In this document: piece after piece, positions 1 to 12,992 of the stretch | How the letters are laid out: every line of letters starts with the position of its first letter | Numbering within the stretch: the first letter of the stretch is position 1 | NCBI RefSeq assembly: GCF_001194135.2 | Contig: NC_068985.1 | Span: forward strand, 32,152,121 to 32,216,120 | Direction: 5' to 3' | Length of the DNA stretch: 64,000 bases | Source: Octopus bimaculoides | Taxonomy: Eukaryota | Position numbers and translations under genes: made by a program | The notes under the pieces: model-generated | Seen by the model: only the letters and a program-made list of their open reading frames with translations | What the model was told of the DNA's origin: nothing | Database searches by the model: none

Positions 1-1629
1 CGAAGAAACAAAAGCCAACAGAACGCAAAGTGAAATTTTAGAGAAATTTACAACTGACATTTGGGATCTATGAATAAGGTCAATAACTAAACCTTTACAT
101 GGTCTACATTTGAAAGAAAATTGCACTTTTGCACTTAGATCAAAATTAAGTTTTTTTTAAAAGATTCCTGAGGTTTTTCTTTTCTTTTATGACAGTCTGG
201 GTGGTTCAGTAATTTCATATAATTTAATGTGCAATAAAAACAGGCATTTTGCAGTTGGCTGACTCTCATTATACCCTAGAGTGTCAAGCAAACAAAATAA
301 TGGGCAATCCTTCGGTATTGGTATATGGTGTCGGTATGAAGAGACGATGTCATTCATCCTCTTTTTCAGCCTAGCCTCTTTATCTGTCATGAGGGAAGAT
401 TGTGTGGGTGAATGATGTCGAAAGATTGCCAAATAATGTCCTATGTAATAGGGGCAATGTTGTTGAATCCACAGTTGGCAAAATAATTAAGGTGTCAGTC
501 TCTCCTACGAAGGACTGACAACTTACGTTTCATTTATCATTGGTACTGAACTGCATACCTTGCTTAGTATTATAGGTGATACAATTAAATCATCATTGTA
601 AACATTGTATTCCTAATTAATACTTCGTTACACTTCAGTGTACTGATTTAAACTGGTATCCTCTTCCAGGAAAACGATTTGGAACTCAGTATATCACAAC
701 CAACCAGTAATGACAGGGGGTACAAATAAAATGAAAATTAAGTTAAATGTAATCATCAAAGCATCTTTTATTTTATATACAATTAAATCATTCAAGTAGA
801 ATATAAAGGTTTGTAATAATCTAAATTTTTTATTTTTGATTTTTTTGCACATTACATGCTAAGCTTGTCAGGAATTTAGAAAGCAAATATATTTTGGTTC
901 CAAAATCGGGGGAATTCAATAGCGCTTTTGATTTGACATTTTATACAACACAAAATGGAATTGTTCAAAGTATGCATTATATTTAAGAAATACGAAGTAT
1001 ATGTATGTTTATCAATAACTTAAAAACTTAAATTATCTAAGAAATAGCTGCTCTCAAACGACAACCATGTGAAGGAGGCAAGATGTAACACGATGGGCAG
1101 CTTATTCCTCAGTTTTCACAGAAGGATGTTCTAATGATAGATGCACTATTTTGAACATGCTAAACAGCAGAAGGGGAAGAACAGATATCTCCTTGGCATC
1201 AAGACTGAACTTTGTATAGCTTATTTAAATTTCCTTAGATGACACCTATGGAATGGCTTAAATCATGTTGCATTAATAAACATTTTAAAGACAAATACAT
1301 TGTAACATTCTATCAAAGAAACTAAAATTGAATAATACAAAATGCAAAACCATTAAACAGCCGTTTTAATTTCCAGCATCCTTACAAATAATATTTAAAC
1401 CATTGCTTTTGACTCCCTATTTCCTCTAGGACAAGAGATATGAGAAAAATGACTAAATATAGTATCTCAGTAAATATGTTCACATTAGAAAAGAAAAAGG
1501 ACTCGTTAATATTTAATTCTTTCCCATTACAAAACAATTTTTTTAAGACAGAGTAAATGGAACTTAAAACTATATCAATACATGAAGTTTAAAAAATATG
1601 CCTTTCAGAAAGACCAGAAAACCTATCAC

Positions 1630-1672
<43 letters not shown>

Positions 1673-3294
1673 NNNNNNNNNNNNNNNNNNNNNNNNNNNN
1701 NNNNNNNNNNNNNNNNNNNNNNNNNNNNNNNNNNNNNNNNNNNNNNNNNNNNNNNNNNNNNNNNNNNNNNNNNNNNNNNNNNNNNNNNNNNNNNNNNNNN
1801 NNNNNNNNNNNNNNNNNNNNNNNNNNNNNNNNNNNNNNNNNNNNNNNNNNNNNNNNNNNNNNNNNNNNNNNNNNNNNNNNNNNNNNNNNNNNNNNNNNNN
1901 NNNNNNNNNNNNNNNNNNNNNNNNNNNNNNNNNNNNNNNNNNNNNNNNNNNNNNNNNNNNNNNNNNNNNNNNNNNNNNNNNNNNNNNNNNNNNNNNNNNN
2001 NNNNNNNNNNNNNNNNNNNNNNNNNNNNNNNNNNNNNNNNNNNNNNTATATATATATATATATATATATATTAAATGTTCAGAAGACGTTTCGTTGACAT
2101 TTTGAGATCAAAAGATCGACGGGAATAATTTATTCACAATATCCTTTTTATAAAGGAACTGATTTATATCCGATTCGGAATCTTATATGCATATTATTGG
2201 TAATTACCTCATCAACCCCGGTATTTAAAAGGCAGAGCTGACCTCAGCGAAAACTGAACGCAGAAACACAATCTGGATAATATAAAGGATCTAATGTGAT
2301 AACCTCAACATCACCACATATGCTTTTAATAATAATTAGACAAGAAATCCTTAAGATATGGGAATGGTAAGTTGTGATGCTCATACCTTCCGCTTCTAAC
2401 AGAAAATTGAAACTTATGGCGCAGAATCGGTGCGCGGGGAACTACGACTGCACCAAGACGGCATTTCGATAACAATATTAATGATTTTTTTCTCATAAAA
2501 ATTAACGCCTTACAGCATTATCACCTCAATAATAATAATAATAATAATATATACGATCTCTGAAGAGTGAAAAACTTAGATCTAATTTACCAAAATTTAA
2601 AACACTATTGACATCATCTATCGATTGTCAAGTTACAAACAAAATTAAAACTATAGAAAATTTCTCAAATCTTTCATAGCTAAAAAGGACAGGAAGTTGA
2701 ATGACAATTCGCCCGGTGATAGGTTAAAGTTTAATGGTGTCTTTAAATGGAATGGTAAATTTTGTTAGTGTCAAAGACATGGCTCCTGCGAAGTTAAATT
2801 CATTTAATAGTTATCTTCTGATTTTGATTAAATCGGATAAGATCTATCTACAGTTTAAAAGAAGAGAATGGTGGATAAACGCACCTGTCGAAAAAATCCA
2901 ACCTGTTACAGATGAAATAAACGCTGAAGAATGGAAAAAAATCATTTAAAAGACGTTACAAAAAAATTCAAATTAAACTTGACCCTCCTTTGAGGTTGAA
3001 AATTTTATAATAACTCGTGTTAAGTCTGAGTAAATTTAAAACTTCAATAAATTGAAAATAGAGTTTTATGATGAAAAGAAAATGACTCGAATAATAATGA
3101 TATGATAAAACGGTGTCGGAGTGGTCAACGCCATGTTAGCAGCATCCTCAAGGGTGACCCAGTTACTAATGTAACACACTAGTTACCAAAAAAAAAAAAC
3201 CCTAACATACATGCAAACAACTGTCAATAAAGCCAAAGAACCGTAAGAAATGCAGGGAATAAAAAAGTTACTTTTTTTTAAAAAATCAACTTAC

Positions 3295-3388
3295 TTATGG
3301 TCCGCATGGATCGGTAGAAAGGGGAATCCTGGCCACCGCTGGCTTTGCCTCCTTCCGCGAACGATGTCGTCCTGGGGCGCCCACTCAT
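3295..3388 (-). CDS. GSK3B: Glycogen synthase kinase-3 beta (shaggy), first coding exon; remaining exons lie left of the window
   Basis: The minus strand translates MSGRPRTTSFAEGGKASGGQDSPFYRSMRTI. MSGRPRTTSFAE is the GSK3beta N-terminus, with RxRxxS9. The exon ends ATA A|GTAAGT, a consensus phase-1 donor at 3294, comparable to vertebrate GSK3B intron 1. I found no kinase-domain exon in 1-3294. Confidence 0.95.
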
Positions 3389-4766
3389 AATGAATGCATC
3401 CACAGGTACTTGNNNNNNNNNNNNNNNNNNNNNNNNNNNNNNNNNNNNNNNNNNNNNNNNNNNNNNNNNNNNNNNNNNNNNNNNNNNNNNNNNNNNNNNN
3501 NNNNNNNNNNNNNNNNNNNNNNNNNNNNNNNNNNNNNNNNNNNNNNNNNNNNNNNNNNNNNNNNNNNNNNNNNNNNNNNNNNNNNNNNNNNNNNNNNNNN
3601 NNNNNNNNNNNNNNNNNNNNNNNNNNNNNNNNNNNNNNNNNNNNNNNNNNNNNNNNNNNNNNNNNNNNNNNNNNNNNNNNNNNNNNNNNNNNNNNNNNNN
3701 NNNNNNNNNNNNNNNNNNNNNNNNNNNNNNNNNNNNNNNNNNNNNNNNNNNNNNNNNNNNNNNNNNNNNNNNNNNNNNNNNNNNNNNNNNNNNNNNNNNN
3801 NNNNNNNNNNNNNNNNNNNNNNNNNNNNNNNNNNNNNNNNNNNNNNNNNNNNNNNNNNNNNNNNNNNNNNNNNNNNNNNNNNNNNNNNNNNNATATATAT
3901 ACACACACACACACTTTTTTCTTTAACTGATAATAAAATCTACACAGATCCTTGATCAAATGAATATCGTGTCAGATTTTTTAGGTAATAGAATTTCCAA
4001 AGTTCGTCTTGTGATCTTGCAGAGATGATTTGACACTCAAACCCTTTTCAAGAAACGAATGCGATGCTTTACACAGACTGTATTTAGTTAAGTGGTATGT
4101 TTTAACTTTAGGCTGTTGAAGAAAATGAATGCACGAAACAAATGTTTCAAGAATGGAAGGAAAGTCTTTTTTTTTTCTTTTCAGCAATAAGTATACGGCG
4201 TGTAATTCACGGCAACTGTAACGTTTCTTCGTGTGAACGAAAGACACATGTATGGTACCCTAGGTATGCAGACATCTGGTCAAGCAAAACTAGACCTTGT
4301 ACTTTACAGAAAGCATGAGACAGAAGATATGATGTTTGCATATATTTAAAAATACACAGAATTTGAATAAAACATGAAAATCAGATAATTTAACGAAATA
4401 AATAATGTCAGTAGTTTATAATGAAAGACAACTTCGAAACGGAAATGTGCGGAAATGTTTGATCAAATTTTCACATACCATCAGACTGAATTATATACAA
4501 AAATACATTTTGCACTTGTCCTTTTTCTTCGAACTAGATGTTATTTTATGCTTTGAGTCAAAAACTAATGCTGCGAATAATTCCACTTTGTAAGTCTTGG
4601 TAGGACTAGATGATCTCCATTTAAATCTTGATCAGATATGGTCTATTGTTTCCACATTGGATTTACATCGTGGTCTTTCAAATATATCTATCTCCCGAAG
4701 TATCAATCCGTTTGTAAAGTAAAATTGTCGATTTGTATTCATATATATATACATGTACATATGTAC

Positions 4767-4936
4767 CTGTGAGAGACCAGTGTACAGAGGGCCTCTGATA
4801 TGGATTAGTTTCCACCATGTACTGCAAAGTTAACACTATTGAAAGGTTTTCGTAATTCCGTTCCTTCCTCCTTTGATCTTCCAGTTATTTTGCTGTTGCT
4901 TTTTGTTGGTTGTGGTTTTTCACTTTCAAAAAGTGG
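4767..4936 (-). other. Candidate 5' exon of GSK3 (170 nt) containing an upstream ATG
   Basis: Minus-strand acceptor TTTATGCTTTATTCAG| (exon starts 4936) and donor CAG|GTACAT (intron starts 4766). The ATG at 4818 reads open to the exon end (MVETNPYQRPSVHWSLT + 1 nt). Based on splice signals only. Confidence 0.45.
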
Positions 4937-5699
4937 CTGAATAAAGCATAAATTATATCTCAGGTAAATGAAACACACTCTCTCTCACACACACACACAA
5001 GTAACGAAGTCAAGTAATCAAGTCATAGCCCTTTACGCCATTGATAAATATCTAGCCTCCACGTCCCTTTGATTTCTTTGAAATTTCTCCAGGCTTTAGA
5101 AGTATATCATTGGCATTAACATGACAACATCAAATGTCAAATAAAACCGTAAAAAACTGTTACACAATGATACAATTTCACAGCAAGTATACTGAGAATA
5201 CAAGCATTCAACTGATGACTACCAATGAAATAATTCAGCAACACGGAAAAAAGTGTAGGGCGAAACACTTCGTGATTTAGCTAGGTTGCTATAAAAGTAT
5301 AGTAGGGATTGAGTATAGTAACAATTAAATAGGAAAAATTCTCATTCTATAGTATAATAAATCATTTTATTTATTTTTAAATGTATATATATATTTGAAT
5401 AAAAATATAAAGGAAGACATCTAAAGACCTGATTGTAAAATTTTAATGTTTCTTTTAATCTTCGTTTCGTACGCACGTTTCGTTTTATTGTTACTTGATC
5501 CAAGTTTATATAACTATCTTATAGTAGTCTCATGCTACGAAATCTGATCTATTGATTCTTAAAACCTAAAGTATTTTCAGCATATATGTTTATATGCTTA
5601 TAGATATTCATTAAAAAATCAATTGTAATAATCATTACAGTATTTAAAAGAAATAAACTATTATCTATTCTTATGTCGGAAATTACCGAAATTTTTTTT

Positions 5700-6030
5700 T
5701 TTTTTTACTCAGTCTTGTAAAACCTCGGATGATCTCGTACACATATAATGATGACGTAAACTTACGTCATATGGTATGTGTGTACTTGTGATCGACTATA
5801 TTCGAAGAGAAATCGTAAAAAGTACTTTAATTTCTTGGGACTGCGTATTTAGAAAATGTAACTAACTACATTTAATGGTATATCATCTAAATAAATTTTT
5901 ATTCATTATATTTTTCAGATTCAAATTTCAAATGTAGTCTGGCTTCAATAACAATTTCCTTTCTTCAAGCGCCCCTTATTTCTTCTTCGTTCCTTAATTT
6001 ATTTTCTATGACATTTAATTTCGGTGAGGG
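5700..6030. promoter_or_regulatory. Probable bidirectional promoter / first-exon region between GSK3 (minus) and a plus-strand transcript
   Basis: CpG-retaining. By eye, A-rich to the left and T-rich to the right. Perfect palindrome ATGACGTAA-AC-TTACGTCAT at 5751-5770. Minus-strand donor GAC|GTAAGT at 5765. Plus-strand pyrimidine-rich tract near 5945-6000 followed by donor CG|GTGAGG at 6024. Confidence 0.5.
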
Positions 6031-8238
6031 TTGATGGAATCTTCATTTGAATTTGGTTTTAAAGTAATTATATATTCTGATTAATTTAAAGTAGGGAGAT
6101 ACCACCGAGCTAATGGGATTCCAATGCATTTTATATCTATATAATATGTATTACAGTAATCACAAAATCCTATTACTGCTATTTCGAATGCGTGCGTGTG
6201 CGTAATTGTGTAATGCATGTGCTCTTGAATAAAGAAAATGATTATGCACTTACATATTGCCCAAGAAACTAGTTGGCTCAACAATTTTCCATGACATTAA
6301 AACTTTGTACAACTACTTACATTACATTATGGTGTTGTCACATTATATTTAATGATTTTCTTTAGGATCCATATAGATTTTATTTTTTATCAATGTAACT
6401 TAAAGCAAGCAAATGTACCTCTTGCTGTAAAAGAAACTGTTTAGAAACGTAAAATAAACTAAAGTTTAGAAATAATTTATATGATATCAAATAAAATCTA
6501 TGAAATAACCAATTTTAAGATGTACTTAGCTTTGATAAATAATTTTAATTTCCTTAATATCAGCCCTCGTTATTTAGAACAGGTGTGATTTATTTGTTGG
6601 CATATAGCATTTGATTTTGAGCTACTAGAAAAAGAATTTGGGGGTGTTCTGACTGATAAAAGATGATGATGTGGTCATGCAAAGTTTTGTAAAGTATATA
6701 GTAAAAGTTGGCATTGGAAGACCTGAAAAGGTTCAGGTTAAAGTAAATTTGCAACAGCATGCAATATGGAAACTAAGGACTAATTTTTGAGTATATTCAG
6801 TAAAGTTTAAAATATCATTTAACTCTTTAGTTAAGGGAACAACTTTAAGAAAGAGTGATATAGATTATATAAAGCTTTAATATTTTTGTGTTTCTCCTGA
6901 AATTAGTAACAGCTGAAGTGTACTCTAAATTCATAGTAATAACCCAAACATAGATAAACCATATTTTAATGTTAAACCTTTAGATTTCAAACTTAAAGGG
7001 ATCAAAAGAAGCTGCAAATAACTCAATTATAAAACTGTGAACTAGATAGGTATTGAATTGAGAATTATAGGTGTAAATTCTTGAGATCATTTTATCAAAA
7101 AAAGAGTAAGGTTGGTATGCAATATAATTACATGGTTGCAAAGTGAATTTCTTAACCAAACAGTCAAGCCTGCAACTCTGCACAACCATTTCTCTCTCTC
7201 TCTGTATGCATTTATATAGGGTTTTTTTGTTTTTTTTGCACAGTTAATCTTTATAGCTAAAAAAACTTGTCTTACTTATAGTTAAAACAAAATTGTCCCA
7301 GAGATAATATTCAAGTTAGCAAAGGATGTATTTAATTGTCTGAGTAGCCAAATAACCTGTAACAGTTAGTTACTGAGACATCACTGAGAACTTTCTCTTC
7401 AAGTAGTGGTTTAGTAGTTTTCCAGCATTTTCTTCATATTGACTCAGCATGGCTATTATTCAAATATTTGTCAGTTTTATTGTGACCAGCATTGACAGTT
7501 TATGAATCAGATGTTAAACTAGGCTGAGCTATTGAGAATTTCATATTTCTACTATGGATACACTTATGGCAATTGGATATCAATCATAATATATTGAATA
7601 TAAGCTGGTATTTTCACATTGCATCTATAAATATTCTTTGAAATGTTTTCCCGGTCAGCAGCTAAATATATGATTTGTGATCAACAAGAATCTGTCTGTT
7701 ATATTTCTAAGATTTCAATATGCTGATGTATTGTTCATTAAAATATAGAATCATTGAATTTATGAGAAATGACATAGAAAATACGAAAGTATACCTACAG
7801 TTTTTCTCATGATAAAAAAAAGAAACATGATCTTCAACTTTAGAATTCACTCACATCATTTTGTGACAATCTCTTTTTTTTATTTGTTCACTTCAAACTT
7901 TATTTTATTCAAACTTAACTTCAAACTTTTTTGTGTAACTTATTGTTGTTGGAGGACATTAGAATACCTAAAAATGCTTCTGGGATTTTTACAATATGGA
8001 ATGATATTACTATCAAAAACCTGAAATTTTTATACACACTTAGGCTTAGAAATCAGGATAGCTACATGAGATTAACATGCTTAATATTTTAATATTAATT
8101 TAGCTATTTATTGTAGAGATTTCTCAATTAAAAGAACTTAACACCACTATCATCTGATATTTGGGTTTCTTTAACTCTTTTCTTGTCCAAAACATTTTCA
8201 TAAGTTTGTCTTGATAAACGTCCATGCTTCATTTTCAG

Positions 8239-8267
8239 GCTTTTAGTTAGCCTTTGTTTCATACATT
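8239..8267 (+). other. Candidate 29-nt exon of an unidentified plus-strand transcript
   Basis: Acceptor CTTCATTTTCAG| and donor ATT|GTGAGT. No recognisable protein. Confidence 0.35.
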
Positions 8268-9619
8268 GTGAGTAATGCTTTCTCTGATGGTTGAAAAAAT
8301 TTGGCATATGTATAAGATGATGTATAGACGCATGGAAAATATGTCCTGTGTATCACATATGATACAGAAGATAGGCAAAGGGTCAAAAGATTATTTTTCC
8401 ATGCAAATTTTCAAATCAGGTCTTCAGTCTGCAAAGAGTCATGTCTGCTGCCCTCAGCTCCCTGACTGAATTATAAAGCACAATACCTTTAATGTAGTCT
8501 TGAAAGTATAAGAAAGTGTGCAATAATTTCTGTAGTGATTATGTGGTAATGATGGAAGATATAGTTTAACTGGACTATAGTTTCCAGATGTAGGTAAATG
8601 TAGGCTTGCTTATTATGTGACTGGTTTTTATTTGAATACAGTATAGAATGTGATGGATAAAACATTGCATATATGTAAATAATGTTACATTGTGCAACAT
8701 ACTTGAACTTAGAAAAGTTAGCAACTATTCAAAACTGAAATTTTTAATCAAGACTTTATGATGCATTAATACCTGCAGTGATTAAGATGGCTTGGTCATC
8801 AAGGTTCATTATTAAAAAAAAAAGAAGAAAAAGTAATTTAGTAATCTCAAAGAATGTGATATTTTCCTATATATTCTCGAGTAGAGGCTTATCAATGAGA
8901 TTCTTTGTTGTGATGATATTTAAGTTTTAGTACTATTTAATGTAACTGTATTGCATATGTTATTTCTGGTACTCTATACTAATTCAAATGCTGCCAGTAA
9001 AGCTGACATCTTTTCAGAATTGTTGAATGAGTGCTAACATATTTAATACAGTGATCAACAAAAATTTCAATGAAATGAAATTATTGTTGCTGTGAGAACA
9101 GAAAAACACAAGTTCACTGACCAATGTTAAAAGTAATCGCGTCAATATGAAGGGAGACAACTCTGAAATTTTAATTACTATTTGAAAATGTATGCAACAG
9201 AAGATTAAATCGTTTGACGATTAAATTCAATCTGGTCTTTCGTAAGCTCGGTAGCAACAATAGGCATGCTTCGGTTTTATTTCTAACTCAGTAAATCATA
9301 GACTTTTTTAAAAATCTAGTGATTGAGAATCATTACAGACGTGCAAGAATTGTACTAAAGTTGATGCAACAACTTAATAACTGAAGGATATTTTCAAGAG
9401 ACACCTGTGCGTGAAACACATGCAGAATGTGTGCTGCTATACTAAATGCAGTGAGCAATAAATTTTAATTATTAAAATTTCTGCTTCAATTATCTCCTAG
9501 GAGTCCCCAGTCTTGCAAAAAAATTCACTTGTCTTTAATAAAAAAAAGAATCGTGTGGGGGAATGATTGACAAAACCATTGGTTTATAATAATGATGATG
9601 ATGATGATGAACTTGTATA

Positions 9620-10130
9620 CAGTGCTCAGGTACACTACAGCTCATTGGAAGAAGTGACCAAAGTTGCATGAACAGTACATAGAATATGCACAGGAAGTAA
9701 ACAGTGAATAAGTTTTCAAAAAAAAAAAAAAGAAAGAAGAAACGGGGTGGGGGGGTGCAGGCATCAAGTGTACTGTTGATGAAGTTTAGGAAGCATGGAA
9801 GTTTTGAAGGATAACAACTGATGCAGGTAATTTATTCCATGCTTCATCAATTGTGAGCATGTAAAGATGTTTCTGAAAGTCATGGATGCTGTATTTTATT
9901 GATTTTGTAAGCATATCTATGAGTGTTAGATATAGGGAATTCAAAAATGTACCCAAGACTGCTGTTGGGAAGATGGTGGATAATCTTGTGGGTGTTTACC
10001 AAGTCAGTTGCCAGACATTGGAGCTTTAATGTATCCATGCCCAGGAAAGCAAGATGTTCAGAGTAAAATAGATGCCTGACAGTGGCTATTCATCTAGTTG
10101 CACATTTCTGAACAGTTTCCAGGAGACTGA
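9620..10130 (-). mobile_element. Degenerate CR1/L2-like LINE 3' end
   Basis: The minus strand gives EAWNKLPASVV, resembling the WNxLP motif at the C-terminal end of CR1/L2 ORF2. Confidence 0.5.
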
Positions 10131-10761
10131 TATACTTACTACATCATCATCATCATTACATGACTTTTCAAAATACTGACTTACAATAGTATTCACTTCA
10201 GATTAGTGCTGTTTCACTTAACTAAGACCAATTTGTTCAACTTCTCGAGATACCAATTTCATGACATTACAAACATTACCAAAGCTTTGCTATATTTACT
10301 ACCTATTTGGATAAAGCCTACATAATGAAATGTCTTGATAAACTTGATCTTCACACTATAATCACATAGTAGCTGAATAAGTTTTTGGAGTTAACTTTTT
10401 TCATTCATTCTTAAGACTATACCATTGCTTGCTTTACACACACTATAATGTGTAGTATCAAGAGTGCAAAACTTTCTACTTCTCTTAGTGAAGTAGTCGT
10501 GCTATTTTAGCTCATGTTTATTCATCCCATTAGCTACTACAATGCATATGCTCCATCTAAAGTTTTTCTACTTCCAATGTTTGTTTCAACATTTTTTTTC
10601 TTTATACATTGAAAGAAAAGCCTCCCACCCTACCATTTCTTCTTTTTTTCTTTTTTTTTTGAAGATTTATTTACTGTTCACTTCCTGTGCATATTCTATG
10701 TACTGTTCATGCAGCTTTGGTTACTTTTTTGTAGTGCAACTGAGATCTGTATACAATAAAT

Positions 10762-10763
<2 letters not shown>

Positions 10764-10821
<58 letters not shown>
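10764..10821. repeat. (ATT)n microsatellite
   Basis: Directly visible; it produces the poly-I ORF. Confidence 0.95.
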
Positions 10822-10822
<1 letters not shown>

Positions 10823-12214
10823 CCTACTGCTTGATGTTTAGCCTTTTTAAATTAAAATTATTATTTGAAATTTTCAGTTTTTTAATAGATTCTGCCATAA
10901 GAAATATGTCAGCATATATAAGTTCCCATGAGCATTTAATTCTGAAATCTTGTATAATTACATATAGAAATCAGACACAAAGAAGAGATCCTTTATATTC
11001 ATGTATTTATCAAACGTCAAACTGAATTCATCACTCAATTTATAATTAGCTCTAATGATCATCCTTGAATGTGGAATATGTAACCATAATGAAAGATTCT
11101 CCAAGGTTATAATTTCTTCTTGTCTTAGGTTACATGGAACTTAACAAGCTATTACTTTTTTTTTTTTAATCTTTGTTCTTTGCCAGTTAAATTTGCCCAT
11201 TCAGTGCAGCATTTAATTTATTCTGTTTTAATCAACAGCAAATTAACAAACAATGTATCAAATTTTGTTTTGGGGGATTCTTCAGATAATATATTTGTGT
11301 TCAATATTTTGAAGTCATTTAATAATAAACTTAGTTGTTAAAATTACATACAATTATATAAAATAATAGCAGAATTTAGATTCTATTATTTGCTTTCATA
11401 GATCTGGTGCTTATCTCTTTATTTCTGTAATATGAAATGGATGAGGAACAAATTTCCTACTGAATAAGATGCCAGTCTAACAAGAATAATTTTTCTCAGT
11501 CACAGATGCATCAGTTTTTCAGTTTTCTGGTTACCCGTTGTGGTGATTTATAACCATCTCCAACAAAGTCACCAATGAAATATGAAGTAAATATATAATC
11601 ATATCCATATGCATTTAGTTTGCTGTGAAGCTAACCCATGAGATCTTTTTCAAGATTGGATATGATGCCATTTATTTTTGTTTATACAGTATAGGTGCTC
11701 TGGTTATTAAAGTGTTAAGTTCTAAATGTCTTAACAAAGGACATATTTCCTGCCAATGAGAAAATACAGACAGCTGGTAAGCTGCTCGACCTGCAATAAA
11801 AGTCAAATGACATTCAAATCAGACTCTACCACCTAAGGGTCACATTAAATCCTATAGTGCTTGATACTCTTCAAAAACAAGCTAGTCAAAGCTGAATTGC
11901 CAGGGTGTACCACCAACAACGTCAACAAAACAGTCAAATACTCTGCTAGTTATTCAATAACTTTACTCCTTGCCCTTCAGGGCATATACTAAATTCTTTA
12001 TACTAATTTGACTGTTTCAAAATGTAAATTGTAATTCAAGGGAGATAACAGTTACTCTTTGCATTCGGTTACTCATGAATTATTTTACATGAGAAAATTG
12101 GCTTCTTAACTTATTTTCTTCTTGAACAATTAAAGGATAGCAGCCTGGAAAATTAAACAAAGACAGATACTAAAAAAATGTCAAAAATATAAAAATATTA
12201 AATAACCAATCAAA

Positions 12215-12485
12215 AAGCACTCGTGCTGGTGCCACGCAAAAAGCACTCATGCTGCCACCACATAAAAAGTACCTGTGCTTGTGTCACAGAAAAAGCTCCT
12301 GTGTTGATGCCACATAGAAAGCACCTATGTAAAGCGATTGGTGTTAGGAAAAGCATCTAGCAGTAGAAACCATGCAAAAATAGACAAGTGGAGCCTGGTG
12401 CAGCTCTCCAGCTTGCCACCTCCTTTCGAACAGTCCAACCCATGCTAGCATGGAAAACAGACATTAACTGATGATGATGATGATG
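12215..12485 (+). mobile_element. Old copy of the RTE-tail retroposon family with (GAT)n tail
   Basis: Degenerate aaagcac...gccac tandem units, then aggaaaagcatctagcagtagaaac...ccaacccatgctagcatggaaaacagacattaact(GAT)n. Confidence 0.8.
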
Positions 12486-12922
12486 ATTCTTAACTAAATA
12501 CAGTATCCCTTTTTTATTCATCCACACTTGCTTTCTGTAGATATTAATACTTCATTCCTGTTCAAAATTAAGTGTAGAGTTATGATGGTGAACTGGTCAA
12601 GATATTCTACTGCCTGTTTATATGTTGCAAATTCAGATTCATTGCACATCTTTCTGGCCAGCAGATTTTATTCCTTATTGTCTCGGTTGATCTAGATATT
12701 GGGCATATATTCCAGATGACCTGGAGTTGTTAATTGTGGTAGTTCAGCATGTTATCTCAGGGATGATTCAGACTCCAATAAGCTTTTGAGAATGAAAAGC
12801 AATTAACAATTTTCAGTTTATTTTTATATCTGAAATATAGAATTTGAATTAAATTAACCATCAATAAATATTAATAACAACTAAAATTTTGCATAAACAC
12901 CATAAGTGATTTTCTCTACAAG

Positions 12923-12992
12923 TTTCTACAATGGTTCTCAGCCTTTTACTATTGCTACCCATTTTAGCAAATCAACAGTCCTCTGTCCAAAT
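12923..12992 (+). other. Candidate exon encoding a signal-peptide-like sequence
   Basis: Acceptor TTTTCTCTACAAG|, ATG at 12931, MVLSLLLLLPILANQQSSVQ, donor AT|GTATGT at 12993. No homology recognised. Confidence 0.25.

Noticed and set aside
1582-2097. Long ORFs spanning N-runs (also 3278-3959, 31606-32201, 43309-44090, 45694-46909, 56859-57240, 60985-61813)
   Set aside because: These are artefacts of N translated as X plus flanking microsatellites. Only the GSK3 and RTE portions are real.
6660-6730. Possible C/D snoRNAs (ATGATGA...CTGA here and at 8910-9007)
   Set aside because: No convincing terminal stem, and no rRNA-complementary guide that I can recognise. The motifs are common in AT-rich DNA.
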